Source: Chrysomallon squamiferum | Lineage: Eukaryota > Animalia > Mollusca | Assembly (NCBI GenBank): GCA_012295275.1 | Contig: CM022670.1 | Span: forward strand, 21,328,001 to 21,392,000 | DNA: 64,000 nt | Direction: 5' to 3' | Part shown: piece by piece, positions 43,001 through 57,096 of the stretch | How the letters are laid out: every line of letters starts with the position of its first letter | Position numbering within the stretch: the stretch's first letter is position 1 | The notes under the pieces: model-generated | What the model saw: only the letters and a program-made list of their open reading frames with translations | The model's database searches: none | Told to the model about the DNA's origin: nothing | Made by a program: the position numbers and the translations under genes

Positions 43001-44797
43001 TTAGAAAATGAAACAATAACGGTTGTTTAATTAGCTACTATAAAGGGCTGAGGCTGGATAATGAGTCCTTAAGTACTTCCCTAATGCTATAAGATCTAAA
43101 CTGTCTCCCAAACACAGCTTGGTAGATTAATGAACAGTTAGTACCACTGTCCTTGCGACTTTGAATGTTTTTTTTATTATAAAATTTGTGCCGTTTCTTA
43201 CTGTCTTTTGTAGGTTAATATGAGTATTAAGCTCTTTCATATTATTTTAAATGTTGATTATGTATGTAGAGAACACTGTTTAAAACGACACTAGGCCACG
43301 AATAAAACTTGTCCAGCTGCAGGTGCGGGTATACTTTAGATGAGAAGCCCTTTGTTACAAACACCCAGTTGAAAACGTTTGTTATATCAGAAACTATTCT
43401 CTGTCAGAAAATTAAAATCATTCTCAGGCAGTGCCAGGGTCAAGTGATTTAAAACCAGCTCTAGACAGACTGACATTCCGTTTATTTCATATAATTTTTA
43501 ATTCCGTTTTGTACTACGAAATGACGGACGAAAAAATAATATTTATAAGTAAATAGGTCTTTTGGAATTTTGTTGTTAATTATTTATTTAATTTATTTAT
43601 ATATATATTTATTAATTTATTTATGTTATTTTTATTATCTTTTTATTTATTCATTTCGTTTTTTTCTATATTGTTATTATTATTATTATCATTTATTAAT
43701 GATTTTTAGTTTTTTTATTTATTTTTTATTTTATTTTTTTCCTGAAGAGATGGATGAGTTTAATGTCAATAATATAGTAACTTTTAACAAAATACATATT
43801 TGCGTTATTTCTCAACAAAAAATCCCAAACCAAACCAATCAAAAAGACCCAGAAAACAAAAACGAAGAAAAAATTCCCTTATGATGACTGCTAGCTGGGG
43901 GGAGGGGTGAAAAAAAGTAAAAAAGGATAAAACACTATATGTCTCTGGATGTTTAAAACTAGGATTGCAGCTTTGGTCCAATCACGGGTCTTGTGACTTG
44001 CAGCTAAACGGAACCACTTTCATCAGTCTAACGTCAAAACATTATTTCTTTTCATTTAAATATTTTATTATCCTTAGATATGGGTTTATGTTTTCATCGA
44101 TTTGGTGCCTGCTTGCAGATTTTATTATTACTGTGTATCACTACCATTTCAGTTAATAGAAAGGGAAAGGTAGCTGCAACTCTTTCTCTCTCTCTCTCTC
44201 TGTCTCTCTCTGAGACATACACACACACATATACATACAGACAAATAATTAACTCAAATTCAAAATTAAATCAATCACGTATTGTAAAATATACACATGT
44301 AATGTATTTGCATTTTTAATTCTTGTTTTCTTTGTGGGTTTTTTGTTCGTTTTTTTGTTTGTATTTTTTCTTCTTTTTGTCAGAGAAGAAAACATATACT
44401 TCATTATCACATATGTTTGGACATTGTAACATTCTTTTCCGGTGAAAAATATGATAATTATAATTCATATTCTTCCTCTTTAATAAAGACATTTTAAAAT
44501 TACCACGCGTCTACAGTACGATTTTCAAAATCATTGATATGAGAAATAAGATTCGCTGTCTCCATTCCATTATCATTTAGCAGCAATATGTTTTATAAAA
44601 AAATAAAAATAAAATAAAAAAATTAATCAGCGTAAAGTTAGAAATGCAAAATTTCAATTGAAATGTTTCATTGTCCTTAGGTGTTTTCATCGATATGGTG
44701 CCTGCTTGCAGAATTTATTATTATTGTTTATCATTCTTCTTTTAAAGCAATACCATTTCAGTTAATTGAAAGGCAAAAACAGCTGCAATTGACTTAT

Positions 44798-44832
<35 letters not shown>

Positions 44833-46430
44833 AACTGATATTCGTAATTAAATATATCATGTATGTAAAATAAACACAAGTATTGGATTTTCCCGTAATT
44901 AAAAGCTTTTTCAATTAATTTTTTTCGAAGAAGAAGAAAACAAAATACTCCATTATAATAGCTGTTTGGACATTGTAACATTCTTTCCTCGTGAAAAATG
45001 TGATAATTATAATTCATATTCTTCCTGTTTAATATTAAAGACATTTAAAAATTACCAAGCGCCTACAGTATGATTTTTAAAAACCATGGTATGAAAAATA
45101 AGATTTGCTGTCTCCATTCATTATCATTTAGCAGCAATATGTTTTATATCCACAGCAGAAAATTACGTACCATACCATGAATTTCGGTTATTATTTTTTG
45201 TTTGTTTGTTTGTTGTTGTGGGGATTTTTTAATTTGGGTTTCTTTTTTTCTTTTTGCGGGGTGTGATTTTTGTTTTGTTAGGAATGTTTCTTCATTATTT
45301 TTTATTTTTTATCGTTCGAGAATTTGTTGATTTTCTTTTTCTTTGCTTCCTTTAATATATTTTTTTAATTCTTACAAGTTCTATTTTTATATATTAACTA
45401 TATTACGCTGTAATATTATAAAATATAATTAAAACTATCATAAGTCTACAGAAATATTTAACTCTGCAAAATAGTTTTCACCTTCAGCATAATTGCTTCA
45501 AGATGTTTGTAATAGTTTTGCCAATGGCATGTCCTTTCCAGTTTATTGTTTGTTCAGATGATTATTTTAGTAATATTGATTTTATGTATATCCACAGCTC
45601 TAATTTTTAGCAACTCTTTTCTAATGTACAAGTAGTTTAATGCATATCAATGTATGTATTAAAGTAGAAAATATATGTCTATTTTTTGAAACGTGTTTAT
45701 TTTCATTTATGCATTACATGTGCTTGTTTTACACTAATAGTTGAAACCGAATATAAACTTAATATGATATCAAGGGATTTCTTATGTTAAATTCTCATAA
45801 TATGGCCTTTGATAAACTTTAGTTGTGGGTGTCAGGAAAAAGACTCGCCATTAAGACACGAGGGATATTTTGCTTGAGGTTATTAATGTATGCTAATAGT
45901 AAAGTGTGACAGTAGAATAGTACAACGCAAATAAAGAACCAAGATCCAATATGTTCTTGTTTATCCCAAATTCCTCCACTGTTTTGCCAGAATTTTAGAG
46001 GGCGTTTGGTACCCTGTCCCCCTGAGTTGTATGCACATGAACATTTCAATACTTTCTGTGACTTCCGTACTTTGGCTATGAAACAGCATGGAATATTTAT
46101 TTAGAAGAATAACAAAACGAATTATAATAATAATAAAAAACATGAAATTTATAAACAAGGAGAAACTGAAATTAACTCTTTTCTTTTGTTGTTATTTCGA
46201 ATTAAAATGATTCGGAGCCGTTCTATAGGGTCGGGCGAAGATGATTACCATTCTTTGAGTGGACTTCTGTACAAAATTAATAGTTTTAACTTTTTTCCAT
46301 CCGCCTTTACAGAATTTCGGTCGCATATCCGCAGGGATACGCCTATCACAGTTTGAAAACCTCTGCTCTAAACAAAGTAGAGTTTGCGTTAAAAAGAAAA
46401 CGAATTATAAAATAAATAAAAAATTAATAA
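42820..46430. repeat. Segmental duplication block X, copy 2, containing an internal tandem duplication (about 44080-44600 vs 44675-45150)
   Basis: Homologous to 29270-31810. ggtgcctgcttgcaga and tgtttggacattgtaacattctt each occur twice within this copy. Confidence 0.9.
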
Positions 46431-46543
46431 AAAATAAGAACCATGAAATTATTATTTGGGAAATAACGTTTCTAATATATATTTTTTCTCTGTATAATAT
46501 CATTTTATTCTTCTTACAAGTATAAAAGTTATTTTTGTGGATT

Positions 46544-49500
46544 TTAAAACTTTGTGGTTTCTTCATAATATTCAAAGGTATCGTCTGTTTGTGGAAATCC
46601 CTTTGGTGCTCTCTTTACCTCTAGTTCAATGTGGCTATCAGAAACAAAGCCTTTGTTTACTTGTGCATATAGACCTTTTCTGTTTTCAATCGAGGCTGGA
46701 CCCCATTCAGGAAGTGATTTTGAAGCTTTTTTAACAGACTGAAAGTATAATCATTATGTTTTGAAATAAAATAATAATGATGATGGTTATAATATTTTAG
46801 TAATAAGGATGGTTATATAACAGTAATAATATATGTTTATGTGTGCCTTAATATGGATGAATGGATTATATTATTATTATTATTATTATGATTACTATTT
46901 TAATAAGAACAATAACAACGACAAAAACAAAATCAACGATAATATTAATAATCATAATAATAATAACAATGGTGGCAATAATAAAAATAACAGAATCACG
47001 AAGGGACAGAATTCATGTTTGAAAATCTGCAATGAATTATTATTAATTATCAAATTATTTAATTTAATGATTTACTTTTTATGTACCAGCCAACTCGGAA
47101 AACACCGATCTAAAGGAATGTAAAACCAAAATGACTGTCAAAATGAGAACACTAGCCGGAATCGTTGCCAACCGTACGACTGGCAAAGATTAGCCAAAAA
47201 AAAAAACGACATGGACAGATCTGTGGCGGAGAACCAGTGGTGTCCATACAAATGTCTGTCTGAGCTGTTCTCCGTCAGGCGATACTCGAGCTAATCAGAG
47301 CCGAGTGTTTTGCCATGTCCGTTGTTGCTAAACATGTATTTTCCACTGATACATTTACTGAAACTTGAAACCAGAGACGAACACTCAAAATAACTGGAAA
47401 AAATCACATAATTAATCTCACTACGGAATAAAATAATCGACATGAGATTTGCACGTAAGATTAAGTAAGTTATAACAACTTTACTACATCACAGCAAACC
47501 TAGAGGAAACATGAGTGATGTCCCTTCGTGATTATATCTTAACAAAAAGTTACTTTTATTTGCGGAATATTTTACGTTAACAAATATCAACAGGTTGAAC
47601 TAACCCGACTATTATTATTATTTTTATTTCTGTAATAATTGCTTAAAAAATGCATGCGACAAAATGAATATAATTTCTTGTGTAGTGAGAATGTATCTTT
47701 ACTGACTAAAACATACTCCATATCTAATGGCCTGTATGGGCAATCCGAGAATTATAACAGCAACCGGCAGTGCCACCATTGCCCACCCGATTCCTTGAAT
47801 CCATTTCTCAAACATGTAGTCTCCATAATATGCTGGTTTGTATTGGACCAGAGACAGAACTACCATCGCCTGCAGCAGAGATAAAATAATCTCAAAGTAA
47901 TTGTAATTTTAAATATTTTTCCAAAGAATTTATAATTCTAAGTTAATTTTAAAACTTAATAATCCAAAATTGAAACACTGAAACTCTAAAGGATGTAGGT
48001 CGACTTGTATATTTTGTACAATTCTCATACACGACATTATTATAACCTTGCATATCTTTTTGTTGTACTTTCTTGTCTCTTTTTAATTTAGTTATAATAT
48101 TTTCTAAATGAACATTCTACCTTTTTTATAGCTTTATGTATTTTCTTGCCTAAATGTTCCTGTTAATATTGAACTACTGTAGTTGTTGTAATATCTATAT
48201 TTATTTATCATATCATTTTCACCATCTTCGTCAGTAGCAGTGGTAGTAATATTAGTATAGTGGTAATAGTAATAGGAGCAACAGTAGCGGTAGCAGTAGT
48301 AATAGAGGTTGGAGGAGCAGAAGTAGTAGTAGTAGTAGTAGTAGTTTAACAGAAGTAGTACTAGTAGTAGTTGTTGCTGTTGTATCAGCAGTAGTAGTAT
48401 TTAACAACACGTTTATTTATTTATTTTAGATCACTTGGACAAAAAGATTTCATTGCATAATTTGAAGAACTAGAATTAATTCTTAGTAACTGTAACGTCA
48501 AGAACTTACAAGAATAAAGACTGGAGATATCACTAACCAAGTTGCCTTCCAGTAGAAACTGGGCTGAAAACCAATCATCATTTCTATATCATTACAAAAC
48601 CGTCTCAGACCTATAAAAGAAACATAACTATATCATCAAATTATCATGCTCAGGAGCGGTACAAAAACAAGGGGGATGTAATGAGAATAATAAAATTATA
48701 CCTGTAGATATCTTTTTTTCTTCTTTTCTTTTTGTTAATAATATTAAAATAAAAAATAAAAATGATTTCTAGACGACCTCTGTTTTAAATAATTAATATT
48801 ATCTGATAACTAGCTACAGAAATATTACAAGTAATCAGCCATTCTAAAGATGTTTAAAAAGAAATCATTCTTACTGACCATATACCCAGCTAACTGACGC
48901 AAGCTCACAGAAACAAATAAACATCAAAGAGTAACTGGCTGAATACCCCTCCAGTAATGTTAACACCCATATTCCTCCCTGAAATGTAACAAAACATTTT
49001 AATTATAACCTAAATTCCGTCATTAATGTCATAAGACATAATAATATCACACACATTCCATAAAAAGTCACAATAACCAAGTTTATTCCACTTTCAAATC
49101 TGATAAAACACTATAATTTCAAATATAAATCATTTATACGCAAACAATTGTCATTGATAACACAAATATGTGCCTGTTAACCATGATGATCTTGAGCATA
49201 TATTCAGCCGTACCATTTTAACTGTTTGGATTCGTTTTTTGTATTCATGCATTATACGCATTTTGTCAAACTATCTTATGTTAAATATGACAGCATCGAG
49301 TTCAGTGCCATGTAATATTAAGATCAGTTTCAGAATAAATTTGCCAAATCTGCTTACTCTAATTAATTTTACAGAATTTTTATTTTGTTATTTTTTACGA
49401 AATAATATATTAATTCAGATTCTTTATAAACATGGATACACAATTATTTGTTAATATGTGAGTGACATTAATAATTACTATTATTATTATTGTTATTATA

Positions 49501-49684
49501 TCACCATATGCATTATCATACGTCTATTTTCAATCTTTTGACTAACCTTCGTTGTCATGGAGAGTCCCAAAACAAATCCCACAACATGAATCGTTAGTGA
49601 CACCAAAGTACGTCGCTTGAGAAGAACTTGGGGAAATTCGTCTACAATAGCACTGATGATAGATTCCACCATGGCAAACTGAAC

Positions 49685-49726
<42 letters not shown>

Positions 49727-51219
49727 CATTTGTAGTTGGAGTACCAGTAGTACATTTGCTTGTAATAATAGTAACAGCCGTAGTAGACTTAGTGGTATAG
49801 CAGTGGTAGTAATTGTACCAGTTTTTGTAAAGGTAGTAATAGTAGTTGTTGCTGTAGTAGTTGTTGTTGCAGAAGTAGTAGTAGACAGAGGAAAAACAGC
49901 AGTAACAGAGTAGTATCGGCGGTAGTAATATAGAAGCATTAACAGATATTCTTGTATTTATCTATTTGTTTTTATTTTCTATTCTGAATTTAATTAATTA
50001 TTGCAACCGTTAGCATGTTACCCACATCGATAACCTCATCTACACATTATTTCAAGTAACGGCAAATAAGCTTTTAAAAGGCGTAATCTGACAAAGCAAA
50101 GATAACTTGATGCTGGCTTCTGATCAGTCTAAGATACTTCAGTCGTTCATTTTCTCTAAGTCACCTCTACTCTTTTTTTTTTCTTTTTTTTTCTTTTTTT
50201 TAAATTGTTTTCTGTTTGCTTGACGTTGTTTTTAGTTGTTGGAATTTTTTTGTTGATTGTTTGTATGTTCTTGTTTACTTTATTATTTTTTTTTTAATAA
50301 TTTATTATTATTATTTTTTCTTTTATTATTATTATTTTTTTTTTTTTAATGTTGTTGCTGTTTGTTTCTTTTTTTTATCTTATAAAATTGTACTTGTTTC
50401 CGGCTTTTTTTTTTTTTTTTTTTTTTTTTTTCTTTAATTTGGTTATCTTTCACTTTTTCTGTTTTATTTATCTTATTTTTTTTATTAATAATTTGTTGTT
50501 GTTGTTGTTTCAAGTTTCAACTTGTTTGTTGAGACTGCTTTTCTACAATTTACCTGCGAATCCAGACCCAAACACACCAGCATAAAAAAGAAGAGAAGTG
50601 CCCAAAGGGGCGCAACTGGCATACGAGCAATGGCTTCTGGGTAAACAACAAAAACCAGTCCAGGACCTTCAAAAGACAATGTCAGCTCGATTATTCAGTG
50701 CTATGAAAAGTCAATGATTAAACAGATTTTAATGATACAGACGCAAGAAAAAAAATTAGGTTATGTAAATAAATTCCGTTTCTGTGGCAATATATTTAAA
50801 CCTTATATATATATTGGCTTTTCATAGCACTGAATAATCGAGCTGACATTGTCTTTTGTTAAATATGACAGCATCGAGGTCAGTGCCATGTAATATTAAG
50901 ATCAGTTTCAGAATAATATCAGGTTTAAATATATTGCCACAGAAATGGATTTTATTTAGATAACCTTTATTTTCTTGTGTCTCTATCATTAAAATCTGTT
51001 TAATCATTTATATTTATATATATATATAGAAGAATAATGGAATTAATCTCTGGTTGTATCAGGAGAATTACCGTCCACAGCGACATCTTCAATGTTTTGT
51101 TTAGTTATGAAAGCCAGGTAGCCCAGCACGGAGAATATGACGAATCCTGCAAACACACTAGTACAGCAGTTGATCACTGACACAAGTATAGCGTCCCTAT
51201 AAAAACAAAATAATAATTA

Positions 51220-51258
<39 letters not shown>

Positions 51259-52468
51259 CTTGAAAGTAATTCTACTCATTGGAATACAAATCTTGCGAGT
51301 TATAGTGTACCTTTTATTTTATGTTATTAAGAGTAAATGTGTAATACATAAAATAAATTGCTAACGCATAAAGTTTACCTGTGGCAGTTGTGTTTAAACG
51401 GGTTATAACTGGCCATCATCAGAAGACTCCCAAAACCGGCACCGAGAGAGTACAGAATTTGTGTAGACGCATCTCGCCATACCTGCCTTGATTTAAAAAT
51501 ACATATGTTTACATGTTTTATTTGTTTCATTTAAATATATTTTTTTACATGTTTTATTTGTCTCTCCAAGTGAAATAATAACGTACAAACAACACGGTTA
51601 TAGTACATACCTATCTATTACTATTATCACCAATGTTACTGTATTCGAGTTAGCGTGCCATTTTGAAATAATTTTTGTGTTTGGTTGCAATGGATGTATG
51701 TATGAAAGCGTTAAAAGTTGATAAAGAAACATTCGAATAGAAAAGTATGTATATATACTTTTCTATTCGAATGTTTCTTTGCACACTTTTGACGCTTTCT
51801 TATTCTTTCTTTAAAGACTAATTAATTAATTTATTTATTTATTTAACTGTATCATTTTATATTTATGTCTGACATGTTTTATTTATAACTTTATTATGTT
51901 ATCGTTTTATATGTTCATATTATTATAATATGTTCATATTATTATTGTCATTATTGTTAGTCTTCTTTTCCATCTATGTTTTCATCGAACTATAAAAAAG
52001 TAATAACTGAAATAGTAGTAGTAACGGTAGCAATAATAGTAATTTTAATAATATCACTGCTTGTTTATTTATTTATTTATTTATTCGCTTATTTCCTTAT
52101 TTGCTTATTAATTAATCAATTTATTATTCTGTTTATCTTATTTGCTCTGCGGTTATGTAGACGTCGTTGTTCATCAGTAATAATCACTCACGGCAATGTC
52201 TCTCAGTCGTTCCCACTTCGGAATGATGTAGAATCTTAACCCAGTCATGAACCCGTCGAGCGTCAGGCCTCGAACCAAGAATGACGTCAGTATTAAATAA
52301 GGAAACGTCGCCATAAAATATACCACCTGAAACAAAAAAAACTAAACAGTTTTATGTATGTATGTGTGTGTGTGTGTATGTACGTAGATAGGTACTAAGG
52401 TGTGTATGAAAGTAACTACGTGTACGTCTTTATTCATATATTTACATATGTTTGTGTGTTTGTTTTCA

Positions 52469-52499
<31 letters not shown>

Positions 52500-52882
52500 G
52501 CGCTCCTCACTTTTCCAGATGTTTTGACTCCTTTCTTGAGACAGAAAAATAAAATAATCCATGACACTCCTAAAACCAACGCTAATTTCAGACTGATGTT
52601 TCCGACGTCATCAAAACCTTTGGCTTCCTGGAGTCTGAGAACAAACCTCCTGGAAATAAACGTCAGGAGATAAAGAAGAAAAATCATCATGTCACTGAAC
52701 AGAACCAACTATAAATAAAATTTAAGAAATTTAAATGATAGAAAATAAAATTGCAATCTTTAAAACTTCTGAAGTTGTCGTAGGAAAGATAAACCTTTAT
52801 AATGTCGAAATTTCCTTTCTTAGAAAAAGACAAAATGCTGAACTGTCCGTCAGTTTATATTTTCTTTCTACTTAGTTTTTTT

Positions 52883-52958
<76 letters not shown>

Positions 52959-54772
52959 CTGAAAATGTAGAAATAATCTTCCATAAAATAAAAAACAAAA
53001 AAATAAATGGACCTAAAGCGCTTGCTACTGAAGTCCATCTTGGTATTTTCTTTATTTCCTCTCACTATTAATATCTACACGTGTTGGACAACGAGGTCAC
53101 GATACACAAACTTTAACATATACGACTCAAACTACTCACGTCCAGTATTCTTCACTGGGAGACACCAATCTCCAGCTCGAGGTAATGTTACAAGACGTGA
53201 GATTGTTCTTCGCAATGTCGAATGTCAAATTTTCTTGATACATATTTAGTGAGACTAATGTTTTATTAATGCACGAATGATCCATATGACCTGAAAAAAA
53301 AAAAAATATAGTTAATGAGATCACATTCACCTGAACTTGGTCATTATGGGGTTTGATCTTACTATCTGTCTATCTATCTATCTATCGACAAACATACCCA
53401 AATACGTAACATGGATATATATATACATACATACATCAACACCTACGTACACACAAAGTCACAGACACCTCTCTTCTGTCTAAATATCCTCAAACAGGCT
53501 GAACAAAAAAAGGACAGAAAAGAGATCGAGTCAGACAGACATTACATTAAACTTATTTTTGTTTCCCGTGTTTTCTTAAGCTTGTGCCACACATTCCATA
53601 ATACGTACTGAGAGTAACATTTAGTTTATCTTCGTCTGTCAAGTTCAAGAAATCTTGCTTGGCCTCTCGGGCACAAGCGGGTGTATTCCACGGATTGTCA
53701 CAGCTCATCCAAGGGAGATCACCGTCCAGACTTATGACAGAAACCATGAAGTAATACAAGGAGTAACAGATAATTACCTGGTAGTATATACACACCATAG
53801 CGTTTATTAGTATCGAGGCGATACCAATACCTGAAGTACAGGAAAAGATAAATTAATTGCAGCTTTTATTAGTTTTAAGGTTGTGTGTGACTGGGAGAAT
53901 TTTTAATGATACGGTGTGATTACCTTATCTGTCTTTACGGGTGGGACAATTAAAAAAATATAATAATAATAATATTTTAGAAAATGAATTAAAAAACGGT
54001 TATTTAATAAGAACCATTATTATTATTATTGTTGTTGTTGTTAATTAATTAACTAACTAACTAAATAAATAAATAATAATAATAATAATAATAGTAATAA
54101 CAAATAAACAAACAAATAAATAAAAGTACCTTTAAATATTGGACTTAGCCGCCATATTGTTAAGGGGCCTAGTGAGGCAAACTGACCCAGAGAGAGTTCA
54201 AAGAAGAAGAGCGGTAGTCCGGCAAGAACAAGCATGATGACGTAAGGAATGATGAAAGCTCCTGAATTACACGAAAAAGAAAAAAAAAAATCGTCATATT
54301 TAAAGGTCTACGTTGTTTGTTTTTTTAAATCCATTCATATCATTAATATAATCTTAACACCAACATAATATTATGATATATACACTTACATACTGCCTAT
54401 AATTGTACAGGTTCTTTATTATTATGTTGTTTTTTTTGGTGTGTGTGTTTTTTTTATCTGTGTGTTATTCTGTAATATAATTATATTTTATTCTACGAAA
54501 CAATAACTAAATAAACACATACACTCACACACTAATTTATATTTACTTCTGCCTTTCTAACAACCTGAATTTACCTATCTCTTTCAGTATCTGTTCAATA
54601 AAGAACTTTATTATTTTGAGTGAAAGCACGTACCGCCACCATTTCTGAAACAGAGATAGGGGAACCTCCACACATTTCCAAGACCAACAGCATAACCGAC
54701 ACACGACAGGAAGAAATCCAACTTTCCCGTCCAGTTACCACGTTCTGGTTGAACAGCTGCATCCGACGTCAT
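46544..54772 (-). CDS. SLC6-B: Na+/Cl- dependent amino-acid transporter, paralog of SLC6-A, about 646 aa
   Basis: Exons (-) 54772-54634, 54261-54130, 53830-53609, 53290-53140, 52649-52511, 52326-52192, 51482-51379, 51196-51072, 50666-50554, 49678-49547, 48978-48879, 48610-48510, 47869-47717, 46738-46544. Begins [14 protein letters not shown]...[17 protein letters not shown] and ends EETTKF*. Ten internal exons have the same length as in SLC6-A. The ATG directly follows an acceptor, so an unlocated upstream exon is implied. Confidence 0.94.
50671..51008. repeat. Two interleaved inverted repeats in an SLC6-B intron
   Basis: A (50671-50715) pairs with A' (50813-50857); B (50714-50803) pairs with B' (50921-51008). 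The spacer 50857-50916 is a direct copy of 49279-49338. Confidence 0.88.
51704..51799. repeat. Near-perfect palindrome in an SLC6-B intron
   Basis: aaagaaacattcgaatagaaaagtat-gtatat-atacttttctattcgaatgtttcttt, extended by gaaagcgttaaaagt / acttttgacgctttc. Confidence 0.9.
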
Positions 54773-54865
54773 CTGAAAAAGAAATTATTCATTCTCGATT
54801 CAAAATACTCGATTTCTATTGCCTAAACAGTTTTTATTTATTTATTTATTTATTTATTTATTCCT

Positions 54866-54928
<63 letters not shown>

Positions 54929-55024
54929 TACTATTCTTAATTGCTTTTGTAATTATTTTTGTTCTGTAAAATATAAAAAGAAAAGAAAGGTAAACGTCAG
55001 GTTTAATGAAACGACTTTGACTTT

Positions 55025-55084
<60 letters not shown>

Positions 55085-56400
55085 GAGATAGAGATAAAAA
55101 ATTATGCTCTTACTATACAAAAAAAATAAAATAAAAGATAACAGATAGTGAACACAAAATTATCAGTTTCGATTGCTAAGTGAACAAATACTCCGGTGTA
55201 TCCAAAATTCCCTCACGTAATACGCAGTGTAAATGTCACTGACCGATGTTTTCTATGCAAAAAAAAAAAAAGTGTGTAACAAGTCAACATAATGGTGTTG
55301 ATAAAACACTAACGTGTATATTCTTCAAAACTGCGATATCAGTGAAATTTCATAATAGTTCGTACAGTTTTCGTAGTAATGTTTTACCACCAGACAAATA
55401 CCTACAGTAAGTTCAGTATATGCTATGCATTTGTAGCCATTTATGCGTGGGATCAAAGGTCTAAGCTAAATACGATCAACGTTAGTAACTACTTGTAATC
55501 ACAGGCAAAGATAAAGTCAGAGATAATAACTCCAGGTTAAACAGCTTCATCACATACGTTAAATTTTAAAGATAAATAGCGACATGTTCTGCAGTCAGAG
55601 TTTAAGTATGCCTATCGATAAGAATTATTTAAACAAAAAAAGAAAAAGAAACCAGATGTTTACACATTCGAGGCAATATAGAAAAACGTCTGCCCGTAGA
55701 TCATCGTGATTAAGATTTCAGTTTGCTTTTCATTAGTAAGGATGATAAAGCAGCAGCGTGTTATTTATAATGTAAAATAGATCAATCAGCGATGAACAAA
55801 GAAGTCTGAGCACAAACAAACAAGATATGACAAACAAACACAAAAGCACTGTATATATATATATATATATAAAAATAATTGAAGATTTAAAATCCTTGAT
55901 AAGTTTCATTTCCAGTCATCCATATTTTCCCGAAAAATAAGGGTCTAAAGATGTATAGGACATAAATCTTTATGCATTTTCAAAAATTTGAAATAAGTTT
56001 GGAGCCAGTGGCCTAAACCCCCGCACACACACACACACACCTACATACATATATTTAATGTCCTACTTCTATATAATAACAAAATCAATCAAAATATTAT
56101 GTTTTTCGCTAATTAGAAAACCAGTTCATTATTTACAGATACGAACCTTGTCACCTTTTTTCTTTTTCTTTCTCTATCTAGTAAACATCCGTAATGACTG
56201 AACACTGAACCAAATCTAAGCAGGTCGATTATCCCATTAATTTTATCTCGATCCAATCACAGTCTATTTTTTTTATTTTTTTTATTTATTTTTTATTTTT
56301 TTTTTTTTTTTTTTTTTTTGCATCGTTTTGATCAGATTTAATAAAAGATCTTACGACTAAATGAAATTGAATTATTCATTTTTCATTTTAATTATTAAGT

Positions 56401-56487
<87 letters not shown>

Positions 56488-56721
56488 TAAGAAATTCAGT
56501 CAAAGTCATTTATTATACAGGCATTATTTCTTTCTGTTTTTAAACTGTAACAATACACTGATCGTCTGATGTACCTTGTATCCGTATATTAAGGCGTCGT
56601 GTGCGTTTAATTGTCGAGAGGGCATTCTTGGTGAATATTTCATACGGACAGTTTCATGTTCTTTCAGATTTCTTTTAAAGGAGTTGCTATTTATATAGTT
56701 TGTCATGAAATGAATCTGAAA

Positions 56722-56756
<35 letters not shown>

Positions 56757-56896
56757 ATGAAGTTATGTCGTCAATGCTTTAAGCTAAAGGTTAGATTTAC
56801 AAATGAAGATGTTCGGTACATTTCCGATATTGACGGTATGCTCCGAGGTTAAGGTAGCCTCGATTGCAATATCGTAACTTTATATTTAGCAGCACT

Positions 56897-56910
56897 GGAA
56901 ATTCCCGGAA
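56897..56910. promoter_or_regulatory. Overlapping NF-kB site (GGAAATTCCC; reverse complement GGGAATTTCC) and GAS site (TTCCCGGAA)
   Basis: kB at 56897-56906 and GAS at 56902-56910, about 300 bp upstream of the PARP copy 2 ATG. Confidence 0.6.
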
Positions 56911-57083
56911 ACAATTAGAAGTTTAAGAAGGAAAAAAACAATTTATATTCTTCTTAAACCTTATTATTATTTTTAAATTAATACTTTATGTATGATTGTT
57001 TTATCCAGAAATTATATTTACTAATAACTGCTCTTTATATAAATTTTGTCATACGTTTTTGGTTTCGTGACTAATAGTGGTTC

Positions 57084-57096
57084 AGAAACTGAAAGT
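57084..57096 (+). promoter_or_regulatory. ISRE/IRF element AGAAACTGAAAGT
   Basis: Equivalent position to 33302-33314; about 115 bp upstream of ATG 57210. Confidence 0.6.
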
